In this document: piece after piece, positions 49,386 through 60,987 of the stretch
Position numbering within the stretch: the first letter of the stretch is position 1
Layout of the letters: every line of letters begins with the position of its first letter
Translations under genes and position numbers: made by a program
DNA from: Eledone cirrhosa
Taxonomy: Eukaryota
Assembly: GCA_964016885.1 (NCBI GenBank)
Contig: OZ024741.1
Coordinates: 122,760,001 to 122,824,000, forward strand
DNA: 64,000 nt
Direction of reading: 5' to 3'
Notes under the pieces: model-generated
Seen by the model: only the letters and a program-made list of their open reading frames with translations
Database searches by the model: none
Told to the model about the DNA's origin: nothing

Positions 49386-52300
49386 TTACAGATATATACT
49401 CAGAGTCGGCCCATTCACTCGGGCCATTCTTGCTTCTCTCACCCATCTTTCAACAAAATGCTGGGAAGAGAGCACTTCCTTCTCTACTCTGATTTTCCTT
49501 TTCAAATGAAATTTGAAAAAGTCAATCAGAGCATCACCGAAGAGGTAAGTGCTCGTCTTCAGCCCTTTCAAACGTGTCCACCATACTATCTCTTTCGCCA
49601 TGGCCACCAGACAGATAAAAACTGCCTGCCCTTCCCGGCTAAAGGAGGAGGGCGGGGCAATCCTCACGATAGACTCAGATGATAGCTGGATCCGTCCTAA
49701 ACGCGACAGCAGGTGTTCGACATAAACCCACAAGTCAGCAATTTTCGGACACTGGACGAGTGCGTGCAGGACGGCTTCGTCGCCCTGCGCGCATCTCGGA
49801 CATGCCCGGCTGACGGCACCTCCATGCCTGTAGAGTTTATCCCGAACTGGCAAGGCTCCTCGGTAGCACTGCCAGGCCAGAGATTTCTGGAAGTTGTCCA
49901 TAGGCCCTGGCCCGAAAGTTCTCCCGAAGAGATTGGCTAGTTGATTTTCGTCGACGCCTAGAGTTTCCCCAAGTACGTCGTCGCTCTTCCCCTCCACTAA
50001 TCCTCTATAGAACGCCGAGGTGGAGTTTCCACCGATCACATTGCCCGATTGGTCGAGGGCTGTGAGCGCCTGAAGACATTCCAGTCTCCAGGCGCTCCCT
50101 CTCGGTCTTCGCTTGACCCAGGACTGCAGCTCCGTCAAGGAAACGAGCTGGGGAAAAACGCGTCTAGCAAACGGCGACCACACCTGATCACCGTCGAGGA
50201 AGAGGTGGAGATGTCGTAGCCTGAGCGCGTGCCTGCGCATCATCAGCCACGGCATGCCCAGCCCTCCACGTAGCGGGTGTTGACAACAGATGGACCGCCT
50301 GACCATCGGAGCACGTCCCTTCCACAAAAAGCGAAAGAGCAAACGCTCCAGCGCAGTCAGGCGAGGCTTAGGACAAGGTACGACGGTTAGGCGGTAGCAG
50401 ATGACAGACGCGATGTACGCGTTAGCCACCTCCGCTCGACCTTTCAGGGATAGCTTCCTCTCCGCCCATTTCTGGGTGAGAGAAGCCACCCTGCTCGTCA
50501 CCTCGTCCCAGTTTTTGTCCGTCTGGAGGTCCGGACCGAACCAGACCCCTAGCAATTTAACCGGTCCGTCCGTCCAGCGCCCGACGACGCTGTTGGACGG
50601 CATGGACCTGCCTCTCCAGGTGCCGAGCTGCAGGCCCACTGACTTTTCCTGGTTGATCATTGCTCCTGTCACCGCTTCGTATTCTCTTAGTGTAGTGCCG
50701 ATCGCCTCGATGTGTTTGGCGTTCGACAACACTACGGTGACATCGTCCGCATATGCTGACACGGATCTTCCGCATCCTAGTTCGCGCGGGACTCCCCTCA
50801 ATGTCTCCAGTTTGTGCAGTAATGGCTCGAGAGTCAATACGTACAAGAGGGACGAGAGGGGACATCCTTGGCGGACCGAGCGCATGATGTTGAACGGTTC
50901 CGACAGGTGACCGTTCACTCTCACCACAGAGCAGATGTCGCTGTGCATGGCAGCGATCCAGCCTCTGAAGACGGGCCCAAAGCCAGCCGCCCTCAGGACT
51001 GCCGCTAGGTAACGATGGTCGACCCTATCGAAAGCTTTCGACTGATCTAAATTGATCAAGGACCCACCCGTGCCAGCTTCCCTAGCTACCCTCTCTACGA
51101 TGTATCGCATGAGGTGGAGGTTGTCGTGGATGGATCTGTCGGGAATGGCGCATGTCTGCGCCTCTCCCACCAGACCACCAACGACAAGCGCCAACCTCTT
51201 TGCTAGCACCTTGGCCAAAATCTTAAACTCTGTGTTTAGCAGAGTTATGGGCCGGAAATTGTCTATGTTATCCCCCTTGTTCGGATCCTTTCTCAGCAGT
51301 GCCACCGCTCCTCGGCTCACAGAACTGGGAATTCTCCCGTTCTGTTGCCAGTTGCAGTAGACGTCCGCCAAGAGGCCTCCGAACAAGTCTGGCATCTGTA
51401 CGTAAAGTTCATAGGGCAGACCATCCAAACCAGGCGATTTACCCCTTGTGCAGCCAGTCATTGCCTCCCGTACTTCAGCGGCTGTTATCGGCTTTTCGCA
51501 ACACCTCGCCTCAGTGGCCGAGAGCCGCGGCAGTCCGTCGAGGTAGACACTAAAGTCCATCCCTCTACCCGGCCCCCCGCTGCCCCCGAACAGCTGAGCG
51601 AAGTGTCGCTGAAAAGCTTCACACATTTGCCCGGGATCGAGTAGCATGCGCCCGTCGTAGTCCACCAAAGACCGGATCGTGGCTTTGTTGCCACGACGCG
51701 CCTCCGCCACTCGGGCCCATTGAACGGCTTTCGTCCCCTCGTGTCTGAGAGCACGCACCCTAGCTCTGACAACGCAGCCTTCGTGCTTTGCATTGAAGAA
51801 TTGGTCAAGGGCCAATTTCGCCGCAAGCACGTCGGTCGCAATGCCTTTGCTAAGCGCCTCGTCTAATTTTCTAACTAGTTCTCCCTCTGCTCTATTTTTC
51901 TCTATTGCTAAAGCCTTACTAAACCTAATCGATTCTATTCTAATCGCTCTTTTCAGAGCAAACCACCACTTGTTGTTGACGATGGCCCCCGTCAACGCCC
52001 GCTTAACTAGTTCGCTAATCCGGTCTCTGTAGGCCTTGCGCGCTGGTAAGGACGCGTTTAGCTTCCAGTAGCCGGGTCCTCGTCTATGAAGCCTATCTAA
52101 GTCAAGCACACAGGTCACGAATTTGTGGTCCGTGTAGCTGACTATCTTGAATTGTGGACAGCCTATGCTAGACCTATCTATTTCCCTACAAAATACTCTA
52201 TCTAGATATGATCTGGATGACCCTATGCGGTTTGTCCAAGTCCACATTGGCACATTCGGGAAATCCAATCGGTGCCTGTCAGACAGTTCAAAACGCCTGA

Positions 52301-52805
52301 GCAGGTTGGTGAGGCTCTTGCACCCTCCACCCCTATCCGCTAATCCCACACAGTCCCAGCGTGCATCTAAGATCCCGTTCCAGTCGCCCACTAACACTAA
52401 AGAGCGGGACGTTCCAAGAAAGGTCTCCAGTCGCCGGAAGAAATCAGGCCGCCCTGCTCCTGTCGGGGCATAGACGGCCACTAGCCTGAAAGCTTGCCCG
52501 TCTCCGCTGGTCACGTCCAGCACCACCAGCTTACCCTCTGGGTCCAGGAAGATGGCCCGTATGGCGAGATCCAAACCTCTCCGAAAAAGCACAGCAACTC
52601 CTCCACCCGATCCAGGACGGCTGGGAGATGCGTACACATCGTGGCCGCCGAAGTTCGGTGCGAAGGCCCGTGCTTCGGACATTCTGGTCTCGCTGATGGC
52701 CACTACATCTATGTTTAGTGACCTGAGGTCGTTGAGCAGGTGACCCTGCTTCCATGACGACCCCAAGCCACGCGCATTTATGCTGCCTATTCTGAGTGAG
52801 GTCAT
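49386..52805 (-). CDS. Tx1 ORF2p, 1139 aa, copy 3
   Basis: Intact; several private substitutions in the endonuclease domain. Confidence 0.97.
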   Translation of the reverse strand: MTSLRIGSINARGLGSSWKQGHLLNDLRSLNIDVVAISETRMSEARAFAPNFGGHDVYASPSRPGSGGGVAVLFRRGLDLAIRAIFLDPEGKLVVLDVTSGDGQAFRLVAVYAPTGAGRPDFFRRLETFLGTSRSLVLVGDWNGILDARWDCVGLADRGGGCKSLTNLLRRFELSDRHRLDFPNVPMWTWTNRIGSSRSYLDRVFCREIDRSSIGCPQFKIVSYTDHKFVTCVLDLDRLHRRGPGYWKLNASLPARKAYRDRISELVKRALTGAIVNNKWWFALKRAIRIESIRFSKALAIEKNRAEGELVRKLDEALSKGIATDVLAAKLALDQFFNAKHEGCVVRARVRALRHEGTKAVQWARVAEARRGNKATIRSLVDYDGRMLLDPGQMCEAFQRHFAQLFGGSGGPGRGMDFSVYLDGLPRLSATEARCCEKPITAAEVREAMTGCTRGKSPGLDGLPYELYVQMPDLFGGLLADVYCNWQQNGRIPSSVSRGAVALLRKDPNKGDNIDNFRPITLLNTEFKILAKVLAKRLALVVGGLVGEAQTCAIPDRSIHDNLHLMRYIVERVAREAGTGGSLINLDQSKAFDRVDHRYLAAVLRAAGFGPVFRGWIAAMHSDICSVVRVNGHLSEPFNIMRSVRQGCPLSSLLYVLTLEPLLHKLETLRGVPRELGCGRSVSAYADDVTVVLSNAKHIEAIGTTLREYEAVTGAMINQEKSVGLQLGTWRGRSMPSNSVVGRWTDGPVKLLGVWFGPDLQTDKNWDEVTSRVASLTQKWAERKLSLKGRAEVANAYIASVICYRLTVVPCPKPRLTALERLLFRFLWKGRAPMVRRSICCQHPLRGGLGMPWLMMRRHALRLRHLHLFLDGDQVWSPFARRVFPQLVSLTELQSWVKRRPRGSAWRLECLQALTALDQSGNVIGGNSTSAFYRGLVEGKSDDVLGETLGVDENQLANLFGRTFGPGPMDNFQKSLAWQCYRGALPVRDKLYRHGGAVSRACPRCAQGDEAVLHALVQCPKIADLWVYVEHLLSRLGRIQLSSESIVRIAPPSSFSREGQAVFICLVAMAKEIVWWTRLKGLKTSTYLFGDALIDFFKFHLKRKIRVEKEVLSSQHFVERWVREARMARVNGPTLSIYL

Positions 52806-52840
52806 GTTTAAAATAGAGTGGAAAAGATGGGAAAGACCAC

Positions 52841-54937
52841 TTACCGTACTTTTGGTAGAGGAGGGATGGTTTTTACATCCCTTTTCACTTGATCGTCTGG
52901 TGAAGGGACCGTTGAATCGTCCCTTCGGCTGGTCGTCGGCTCTTCTAAGAGAATGTCTGAATATACTCTTCGATTGATGGTTCCTCCTAGGTCCCTGAAA
53001 TCACCAACTGCGTTGGGGAATTTCGTTTTAATGTTTGTGTATTGTTTCTGTGCTATTTTTAACAGTCTTATGTTAGTTGGCGTTTTGATTGGTGCTGGTA
53101 TTATGTAGTCCTGTTGTGAAATGTCTGTGTGTTCAATTATGTAAGTCATTAGTTTCTTGTTGTGTGTGTTTATTGCCGTGCATTTGTTTTTCTGGGGGTG
53201 GGGTGTGGTTCTGCTATTTTCTTGTCGTTGTTGCTGGGTGTGTGTGTTTTGTTGTTGTGTTTGCGATGTTGGTGCTTGTGGTGGTGGTGTTGAAGGTGTT
53301 GTTGGCGGTGGGGTTGTTGCCGGTGGTGATGGTGGTGCTGGTGTGGGTGGTGATGGTGTTGGTGGTGTTGCTGCTGTGGGTCTCTTTGCAGTAGACTTTA
53401 CCCTTTTCTCATTTCTTTCCTCCCTTTTCAAAGGCGACGATGCGCTGCTTCTGCGTTTGTGCCTTCTTGCGACCTTTTGCCATCCCTCTCCCACCTCACA
53501 CTCCATGTCTGATTCTGTAAGGTCGGGGAGGGGTACCAGCTCCACTCTTTCACTTGTTGTTGTTGGTGATGTTTGCACTGGAGTCTCTGTTGCAGCTGCA
53601 TTTGGTATTGCTGTTGTTGTTGTTAATATTTCCACTGCTGCTGCTGTCTTTGATTTCCGTGGAGTGGGTATGGGTGCCACGGACTTATCGTTCCTGGTTG
53701 CCGCTTGTCCTGTTGCTGGTAGCCGTGGAGCCGGATTCGGAAGGAGGGGGGTTTTCTCCTTTCTCAGGGTCTTCTCGTTGCAGAAGGCCCTGAGGTGAGT
53801 CTTCGATCCACAGCGAAAGCATTTCGGGCGTTTGCCCTCAACACTTATGGGCAGTTGAGTGCCGTTATCGAAGTCTATCACATCCGGGATAGCTTCGATG
53901 CACTCCTGGTTGGTTTGGATTAGCATCTCAATGGAGGAGCCGACCCAATCTTCTCTTACTTTTTTCTGTACTTGCAGTACAGTTGTTTTGTCCTCGATTC
54001 CGACGAGGACAGACGCGGCCAGCCAAGAAGGGGTCATTCCGGGGGGGACGTGGGTCAGTTTGACCCTCACAATTTTTTGCCCGCAGTAGGAGGGCACCAA
54101 CACCATTTCCTCGCTCCTTAGGGTCACTACTGATTGGGCCTTTGCCTCCTGGGGTGTGGCAAAAAGTACGTCTACGGTGGCGTATTTTTTGCCTCGGGTG
54201 ATGTGCGTTTTCCTCTGCCACACAGACCCCAAGGCTTTTTGTATTTGGGCCTCTGTGGCTCTTTCCACCCTACGGGATTTTGTACTTACTGTACGGTACG
54301 TGACCGTACAGTGCTCTTGGGTTTCGAAAAAATTTTTCGCTGCCTTGCAGATTGCTCGGTGTCCGTTCTTTGTCACCATCTTCTTCGCTTCCTCTAATTC
54401 CTCATTTGTTATGAGGATTGTTTCCAAGTTTTTCGCAATACCTGCAAATGAGATTGGTTTTTCTCTGCTGTTGTTGTTGTCGTCAGAGCTGCTGGTACTT
54501 TTGTTGTTGCTGCAGGTACTACGACTACTGCCTCCGCCGCTGTTGCTGTGGTTGTTGTTGGTGTTGCTGCTGCTAATGCTGTTGTTGTTTATGCTGCTGG
54601 TGATGCTGTTGCGGCTGCTACTGTTGTTTTCATTGTCACTGTTGCTGTTGTTATTACGGCTGCTACTGCTATTATTCCTGACGTCAGACGAATGAACTGG
54701 GTTTTCGTATTTCCCGCACACCTGTTTCGTCGCTGTCGTCGTCGTCGTGGAGAAACCTTGCACGCTTTGCACGAGACTTTTCTTTTCTTTCGTCGCTTGC
54801 GAAAGAGAAGGGAGGGAGAGAGACACATTTAAAGAAGGGAGGGAGAGAGACAATCTTCTCTCTGCTGTAGTGATGATTGAGGAAGAAGAAGACGGAATGA
54901 GTGGGAGTGACGTATGAAATTTCTTTTTCGTAGCCAT
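52841..54937 (-). CDS. Tx1 ORF1p, 698 aa, copy 3
   Basis: ATG at 54937; intact. Confidence 0.92.
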   Translation of the reverse strand: MATKKKFHTSLPLIPSSSSSIITTAERRLSLSLPSLNVSLSLPSLSQATKEKKSLVQSVQGFSTTTTTATKQVCGKYENPVHSSDVRNNSSSSRNNNSNSDNENNSSSRNSITSSINNNSISSSNTNNNHSNSGGGSSRSTCSNNKSTSSSDDNNNSREKPISFAGIAKNLETILITNEELEEAKKMVTKNGHRAICKAAKNFFETQEHCTVTYRTVSTKSRRVERATEAQIQKALGSVWQRKTHITRGKKYATVDVLFATPQEAKAQSVVTLRSEEMVLVPSYCGQKIVRVKLTHVPPGMTPSWLAASVLVGIEDKTTVLQVQKKVREDWVGSSIEMLIQTNQECIEAIPDVIDFDNGTQLPISVEGKRPKCFRCGSKTHLRAFCNEKTLRKEKTPLLPNPAPRLPATGQAATRNDKSVAPIPTPRKSKTAAAVEILTTTTAIPNAAATETPVQTSPTTTSERVELVPLPDLTESDMECEVGEGWQKVARRHKRRSSASSPLKREERNEKRVKSTAKRPTAATPPTPSPPTPAPPSPPATTPPPTTPSTPPPQAPTSQTQQQNTHTQQQRQENSRTTPHPQKNKCTAINTHNKKLMTYIIEHTDISQQDYIIPAPIKTPTNIRLLKIAQKQYTNIKTKFPNAVGDFRDLGGTINRRVYSDILLEEPTTSRRDDSTVPSPDDQVKRDVKTIPPLPKVR

Positions 54938-55438
54938 GTTTTTTTGTTTAAAATGAAATTTTGGGTACAAAACCCCAATAACTGGTTATTTAACCCCGAA
55001 GGGCCAAATAACGGACAGAAAGACCCCTCTCACGAGGAGGAGCGTGTCTTTATCAACAATTTGGTTCAAGTTTTAAACAATTTACAATTGTTTTAACGGT
55101 TAAAAATTACTATACCTTACAGAGCCGAGCCTCCGTCAACCATGGCATTCAATAATAATAATAATAATAATAATAATGATTTCTTTATTAACCACAAGGG
55201 TTTACATAAAGTAGACATTAAGGACAGTGCAGGACAATGCAGGACGGTACAAATGGGCATTTCTGCGTGTAAAAATCAAAAACAGAGGATGTAACAAAAA
55301 TAACAATGAAAATAACAATGAAAAATTCCCCAATAGGGGGGAGACTTCGGAGGGACATTTGTGGTGAAAGCCCAGTAAAAAGCCACAATGACCCTGACCA
55401 CCAAGGCAAGTGCCCTCTCCCAGTTTTCCACCTTTAAT

Positions 55439-58400
55439 TTACAGATATATACTCAGAGTAGGCCCATTCACTCGGGCCATTCTTGCTTCTCTCACCCATC
55501 TTTCAACAAAATGCTGGGAAGAGAGCACTTCCTTCTCTACTCTGATTTTCCTTTTCAAATGAAATTTGAAAAAGTCAATCAGAGCATCACCGAAGAGGTA
55601 AGTGCTCGTCTTCAGCCCTTTCAAACGTGTCCACCATACTATCTCTTTCGCCATGGCCACCAGACAGATAAAAACTGCCTGCCCTTCCCGGCTAAAGGAG
55701 GAGGGCGGGGCAATCCTCACGATAGACTCAGATGATAGCTGGATCCGTCCTAAACGCGACAGCAGGTGTTCGACATAAACCCACAAGTCAGCAATTTTCG
55801 GACACTGGACGAGTGCGTGCAGGACGGTTTCGTCGCCCTGCGCGCATCTCGGACATGCCCGGCTGACGGCACCTCCATGCCTGTAGAGTTTATCCCGAAC
55901 TGGCAAGGCTCCTCGGTAGCACTGCCAGGCCAGAGATTTCTGGAAGTTGTCCATAGGCCCTGGCCCGAAAGTTCTTCCGAAGAGATTGGCTAGTTGATTT
56001 TCGTCGACGCCTAGAGTTGCCCCAAGTACGTCGTCGCTCTTCCCCTCCACTAATCCTCTATAGAACGCCGAGGTGGAGTTTCCACCGATCACATTGCCCG
56101 ATTGGTCGAGGGCTGTGAGCGCCTGAAGACATTCCAGTCTCCAGGCGCTCCCTCTCGGTCTTCGCTTGACCCAGGACTGCAGCTCCGTCAAGGAAACGAG
56201 CTGGGGAAATACGCGTCTAGCAAACGGCGACCACACCTGATCACCGTCGAGGAAGAGGTGGAGATGTCGTAGCCTGAGCGCGTGCCTGCGCATCATCAGC
56301 CACGGCATGCCCAGCCCTCCACGTAGCGGGTGTTGACAACAGATGGACCGCCTGACCATCGGAGCGCGTCCCTTCCACAAAAAGCGAAAGAGCAAACGCT
56401 CCAGCACAGTCAGGCGAGGCTTAGGACAAGGTACGACGGTCAGGCGGTAGCAGATGACGGACGCGATGTACGCGTTAGCCACCTCAGCTCGACCTTTCAG
56501 GGATAGCTTCCTCTCGGCCCATTTCTGGGTGAGAGAAGCCACCCTGCTCGTCACCTCGTCCCAGTTTTTGTCCGTCTGGAGGTCCGGACCGAACCAGACC
56601 CCTAGCAATTTAACCGGTCCGTCCGTCCAGCGTCCGACGACGCTGTTGGACGGCATGGACATGCCTCTCCAGGTGCCGAGCTGCAGGCCCACTGACTTTT
56701 CCTGGTTGATCATTGCTCCTGTCACCGCTTCGTATTCTCTTAGTGTAGTGCCGATCGCCTCGATGTGTTTGGCGTTCGACACCACTACGGTGACATCGTC
56801 CGCATATGCTGATACGGATCTTCCGCATCCTAGTTCGCGCGGGACCCCCCTCAACGTCTCCAGTTTGTGCAGTAATGGCTCGAGAGTCAATACGTACAAG
56901 AGGGACGAGAGGGGACATCCTTGGCGGACCGAGCGCATGATGTTGAACGGTTCCGACAGGTGACCGTTCACTCTCACCACAGAGCAGATGTCGCTGTGCA
57001 TGGCAGCGATCCAGCCTCTGAAGACGGGCCCAAAGCCAGCCGCCCTCAGGACTGCCGCTAGGTAACGATGGTCGACCCTATCGAAAGCTTTCGACTGATC
57101 TAAATTGATCAAGGACCCACCCGTGCCAGGTTCGCTAGCTACCCTCTCTACGATGTATCGCATGAGGTGGAGGTTGTCGTGGATGGATCTGTCGGGAATG
57201 GCGCATGTCTGCGCCTCTCCCACCAGACCACCAACGACAAGCGCCAACCTCTTTGCTAGCACCTTGGCCAAAATCTTAAACTCTGTGTTTAGCAGAGTTA
57301 TGGGCCGGAAATTTTCTATGTTATCCCCCTTGTTCGGATCCTTTCTCAGCAGTGCCACCGCTCCTCGGCTCACAGAACTGGGAATTCTCCCGTTCTGTTG
57401 CCAGTTGCAGTAGACGTCCGCCAAGAGGCCTCCGAACAAGTCTGGCATCTGTACGTAAAGTTCATAGGGCAGACCATCCAAACCAGGCGATTTACCCCTT
57501 GTGCAGCCAGTCATGGCCTCCCTTACTTCAGCGGCTGTTATCGGCTTTTCGCAACACTTCGCCTCAGTGGCCGAGAGCCGCGGCAGTCCGTCGAGGTAGA
57601 CACTAAAGTCCATCCCTCTACCCGGCCCCCCGCTGCCCCCGAACAGCTGAGCGAAGTGTCGCTGAAAAACTTCACACATTTGCCCGGGATCGAGTAGCAT
57701 GCGCCCGTCGTGGTCCACCAAAGACCGGATCGTGGCTTTGTTGCCACGACGCGCCTCCGCCACTCGGGCCCATTGAACGGCTTTCGTCCCCTCGTGTCTG
57801 AGAGCACGCACCCTAGCTCTGACAACGCAGCCTTCGTGCTTTGCATTGAAGAATTGGTCAAGGGCCAATTTCGCCGCAAGCATGTCGGTCGCAATGCCTT
57901 TGCTAAGCGCCTCGTCTAATTTTCTAACTAGTTCTCCCTCTGCTCTATTTTTCTCTATTGCTAAAGCCTTACTAAACCTAATCGATTCTATTCTAATCGC
58001 TCTTTTCAGAGCAAACCACCACTTGTTGTTGACGATGGCCCCCGTCAACGCCCGCTTAACTAGTTCGCTAATCCGGTCTCTGTAGGCCTTGCGCGCTGGT
58101 AAGGACGCGTTTAGCTTCCAGTAGCCGGGTCCTCGTCTATGAAGCCTATCTAGGTCAAGCACACAGATCACGAATTTGTGGTCCGTGTAGCTGACTATCT
58201 TGAATTGTGGACAGCGTATGCTAGACCTATCTATTTCCCTACAAAATACTCTATCTAGATATGATCTGGATGACCCTATGCGGTTTGTCCAAGTCCACAT
58301 TGGCACATTCGGGAAATCCAATCGGTACCTGTCAGACAGTTCAAAACGCCTGAGCAGGTTGGTGAGGCTCTTGCACCCTCCACCCCTATCCGCTAATCCC

Positions 58401-58858
58401 ACACAGTCCCAGCGTGCATCTAAGATCCCGTTCCAGTCGCCCACTAACACTAAAGAGCGGGACGTTCCAAGAAAGGTCTCCAGACGCCGGAAGAAATCAG
58501 GCCGCCCTGCTCCTGTCGGGGCATAGACGGCCACTAGCCTGAAAGCTTGCCCGTCTCCGCTGGTCACGTCCAGCACCACCAGCTTACCCTCTGGGTCCAG
58601 GAAGATGGCCCGTATGGCGAGATCCAAACCTCTCCGAAAAAGCACAGCAACTCCTCCACCCGATCCAGGACGGCTGGGAGATGCGTACACATCGTAGCCG
58701 CCGAAGATCGGTGCGAAGGCCCGTGCTTCGGAGATTCTGGTCTCGCTGATGGCCACTACATCTATGTTTAGTGACCTGAGGTCGTTGAGCAGGTGACCCT
58801 GCTTCCATGATGACCCCAAGCCACGCGCATTTATGCTGCCTATTCTGAGTGAGGTCAT
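55439..58858 (-). CDS. Tx1 ORF2p, 1139 aa, copy 4
   Basis: Intact; all motifs present. Confidence 0.97.
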   Translation of the reverse strand: MTSLRIGSINARGLGSSWKQGHLLNDLRSLNIDVVAISETRISEARAFAPIFGGYDVYASPSRPGSGGGVAVLFRRGLDLAIRAIFLDPEGKLVVLDVTSGDGQAFRLVAVYAPTGAGRPDFFRRLETFLGTSRSLVLVGDWNGILDARWDCVGLADRGGGCKSLTNLLRRFELSDRYRLDFPNVPMWTWTNRIGSSRSYLDRVFCREIDRSSIRCPQFKIVSYTDHKFVICVLDLDRLHRRGPGYWKLNASLPARKAYRDRISELVKRALTGAIVNNKWWFALKRAIRIESIRFSKALAIEKNRAEGELVRKLDEALSKGIATDMLAAKLALDQFFNAKHEGCVVRARVRALRHEGTKAVQWARVAEARRGNKATIRSLVDHDGRMLLDPGQMCEVFQRHFAQLFGGSGGPGRGMDFSVYLDGLPRLSATEAKCCEKPITAAEVREAMTGCTRGKSPGLDGLPYELYVQMPDLFGGLLADVYCNWQQNGRIPSSVSRGAVALLRKDPNKGDNIENFRPITLLNTEFKILAKVLAKRLALVVGGLVGEAQTCAIPDRSIHDNLHLMRYIVERVASEPGTGGSLINLDQSKAFDRVDHRYLAAVLRAAGFGPVFRGWIAAMHSDICSVVRVNGHLSEPFNIMRSVRQGCPLSSLLYVLTLEPLLHKLETLRGVPRELGCGRSVSAYADDVTVVVSNAKHIEAIGTTLREYEAVTGAMINQEKSVGLQLGTWRGMSMPSNSVVGRWTDGPVKLLGVWFGPDLQTDKNWDEVTSRVASLTQKWAERKLSLKGRAEVANAYIASVICYRLTVVPCPKPRLTVLERLLFRFLWKGRAPMVRRSICCQHPLRGGLGMPWLMMRRHALRLRHLHLFLDGDQVWSPFARRVFPQLVSLTELQSWVKRRPRGSAWRLECLQALTALDQSGNVIGGNSTSAFYRGLVEGKSDDVLGATLGVDENQLANLFGRTFGPGPMDNFQKSLAWQCYRGALPVRDKLYRHGGAVSRACPRCAQGDETVLHALVQCPKIADLWVYVEHLLSRLGRIQLSSESIVRIAPPSSFSREGQAVFICLVAMAKEIVWWTRLKGLKTSTYLFGDALIDFFKFHLKRKIRVEKEVLSSQHFVERWVREARMARVNGPTLSIYL

Positions 58859-58893
58859 GTTTAAAATAGAGTGGAAAAGATGGGAAAGACCAC

Positions 58894-60987
58894 TTACCGT
58901 ACTTTTGGTAGAGGAGGGATGGTTTTTACATCCCTTTTCACTTGATCGTCTGGTGAAGGGACCGTTGAATCGTCCCTTCGGCTGGTCGTCGGCTCTTCTA
59001 AGAGAATGTCTGAATATACTCTTCGATTGATGGTTCCTCCTAGGTCCCTGAAATCACCAACTGCGTTGGGGAATTTCGTTTTAATGTTTGTGTATTGTTT
59101 CTGTGCTATTTTTAGCAGTCTTATGTTAGTTGGCGTTTTGATTGGTGCTGGTATTATGTAGTCCTGTTGTGAAATGTCTGTGTGTTCAATTATGTAAGTC
59201 ATTAGTTTCTTGTTGTGTGTGTTTATTGCCGTGCATTTGTTTTTCTGGGGGTGGGGTGGAGTTCTGCTATTTTCTTGTCGTTGTTGCTGGGTGTGTGTGT
59301 TTTGTTGTTGTGTTTGCGATGTTGGTGCTTGTGGTGGTGGTGTTGAAGGTGTTGTTGGCGGTGGGGTTGTCGCCGGTGGTGATGGTGGTGCTGGTGTGGG
59401 TGGTGATGGTGTTGGTGGTGTTGCTGCTGTGGGTCTCTTTGCAGTAGACTTTACCCTTTTCTCATTTCTTTCCTCCCTTTTCAAAGGCGACGATGCGCTG
59501 CTTCTGCGTTTGTGCCTTCTTGCGACCTTTTGCCATCCCTCTCCCACCTCACACTCCATGTCTGATTCTGTAAGGTCGGGGAGGGGTACCAGCTCCACTC
59601 TTTCACTTGTTGTTGTTGGTGATGTTTGCACTGGAGTCTCTGTTGCAGCTGCATTTGGTATTGCTGTTGTTGTTAATATTTCCACTGCTGCTGCTGTCTT
59701 TGATTTCCGTGGAGTGGGTATGGGTGCCACGGACCTATCGTTCCTGGTTGCCTCTTGTCCTGTTGCTGGTAGCCGTGGAGCCGGATTCGGAAGGAGGGGG
59801 GTTTTCTCCTTTCTCAGGGTCTTCTCGTTGCAGAAGGCCCTGAGGTGAGTCTTCGATCCACAGCGAAAGCATTTCGGGCGTTTGCCCTCAACACTTATGG
59901 GCAGTTGAGTGCCGTTATCGAAGTCTATCACATCCGGGATAGCTTCGATGCACTCCTGGTTGGTTTGGATTAGCATCTCAATGGAGGAGCCGACCCAATC
60001 TTCTCTTACTTTTTTCTGTACTTGCAGTACAGTTGTTTTGTCCTCGATTCCGACGAGGACAGACGCGGCCAGCCAAGAAGGGGTCATTCCGGGGGGGACG
60101 TGGGTCAGTTTGACCCTCACAATTTTTTGCCCGCAGTAGGAGGGCACCAACACCATTTCCTCGCTCCTTAGGGTCACTACTGATTGGGCCTTTGCCTCCT
60201 GGGGTGTGGCAAAAAGTACGTCTACGGTGGCGTATTTTTTGCCTCGGGTGATGTGCGTTTTCCTCTGCCACACAGACCCCAAGGCTTTTTGTATTTGGGC
60301 CTCTGTGGCTCTTTCCACCCTACGGGATTTTGTACTTACTGTACGGTACGTGACCGTACAGTGCTCTTGGGTTTCGAAAAAATTTTTCGCTGCCTTGCAG
60401 ATTGCTCGGTGTCCGTTCTTTGTCACCATCTTCTTCGCTTCCTCTAATTCCTCATTTGTTATGAGGATTGTTTCCAAGTTTTTCGCAATACCTGCAAATG
60501 AGATTGGTTTTTCTCTGCTGTTGTTGTTGTCGTCAGAGCTGCTGGTACTTTTGTTGTTGCTGCAGGTACTACGACTACTGCCTCCGCCGCTGTTGCTGTG
60601 GTTGTTGTTGGTGTTGCTGCTGCTAATGCTGTTGTTGTTTATGCTGCTGGTGATGCTGTTGCGGCTGCTACTGTTGTTTTCATTGTCACTGTTGCTGTTG
60701 TTATTACGGCTGCTACTGCTATTATTCCTGACGTCAGACGAATGAACTGGGTTTTCGTATTTCCCGCACACCTGTTTCGTCGCTGTCGTCGTCGTCGTGG
60801 AGAAACCTTGCACGCTTTGCACGAGACTTTTCTTTTCTTTCGTCGCTTGCGAAAGAGAAGGGAGGGAGAGAGACACATTTAAAGAAGGGAGGGAGAGAGA
60901 CAATCTTCTCTCTGCTGTAGTGATGATTGAGGAAGAAGAAGACGGAATGAGTGGGAGTGACGTACGAAATTTCTTTTTCGTAGCCAT
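58894..60987 (-). CDS. Tx1 ORF1p, 697 aa, copy 4
   Basis: ATG at 60987; intact. Confidence 0.92.
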   Translation of the reverse strand: MATKKKFRTSLPLIPSSSSSIITTAERRLSLSLPSLNVSLSLPSLSQATKEKKSLVQSVQGFSTTTTTATKQVCGKYENPVHSSDVRNNSSSSRNNNSNSDNENNSSSRNSITSSINNNSISSSNTNNNHSNSGGGSSRSTCSNNKSTSSSDDNNNSREKPISFAGIAKNLETILITNEELEEAKKMVTKNGHRAICKAAKNFFETQEHCTVTYRTVSTKSRRVERATEAQIQKALGSVWQRKTHITRGKKYATVDVLFATPQEAKAQSVVTLRSEEMVLVPSYCGQKIVRVKLTHVPPGMTPSWLAASVLVGIEDKTTVLQVQKKVREDWVGSSIEMLIQTNQECIEAIPDVIDFDNGTQLPISVEGKRPKCFRCGSKTHLRAFCNEKTLRKEKTPLLPNPAPRLPATGQEATRNDRSVAPIPTPRKSKTAAAVEILTTTAIPNAAATETPVQTSPTTTSERVELVPLPDLTESDMECEVGEGWQKVARRHKRRSSASSPLKREERNEKRVKSTAKRPTAATPPTPSPPTPAPPSPPATTPPPTTPSTPPPQAPTSQTQQQNTHTQQQRQENSRTPPHPQKNKCTAINTHNKKLMTYIIEHTDISQQDYIIPAPIKTPTNIRLLKIAQKQYTNIKTKFPNAVGDFRDLGGTINRRVYSDILLEEPTTSRRDDSTVPSPDDQVKRDVKTIPPLPKVR

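Larger units (their letters stand above)
49109..55150 (-). mobile_element. Full-length L1-Tx1 LINE, array copy 3
   Basis: Same architecture; (ATT)9 tail. Confidence 0.97.
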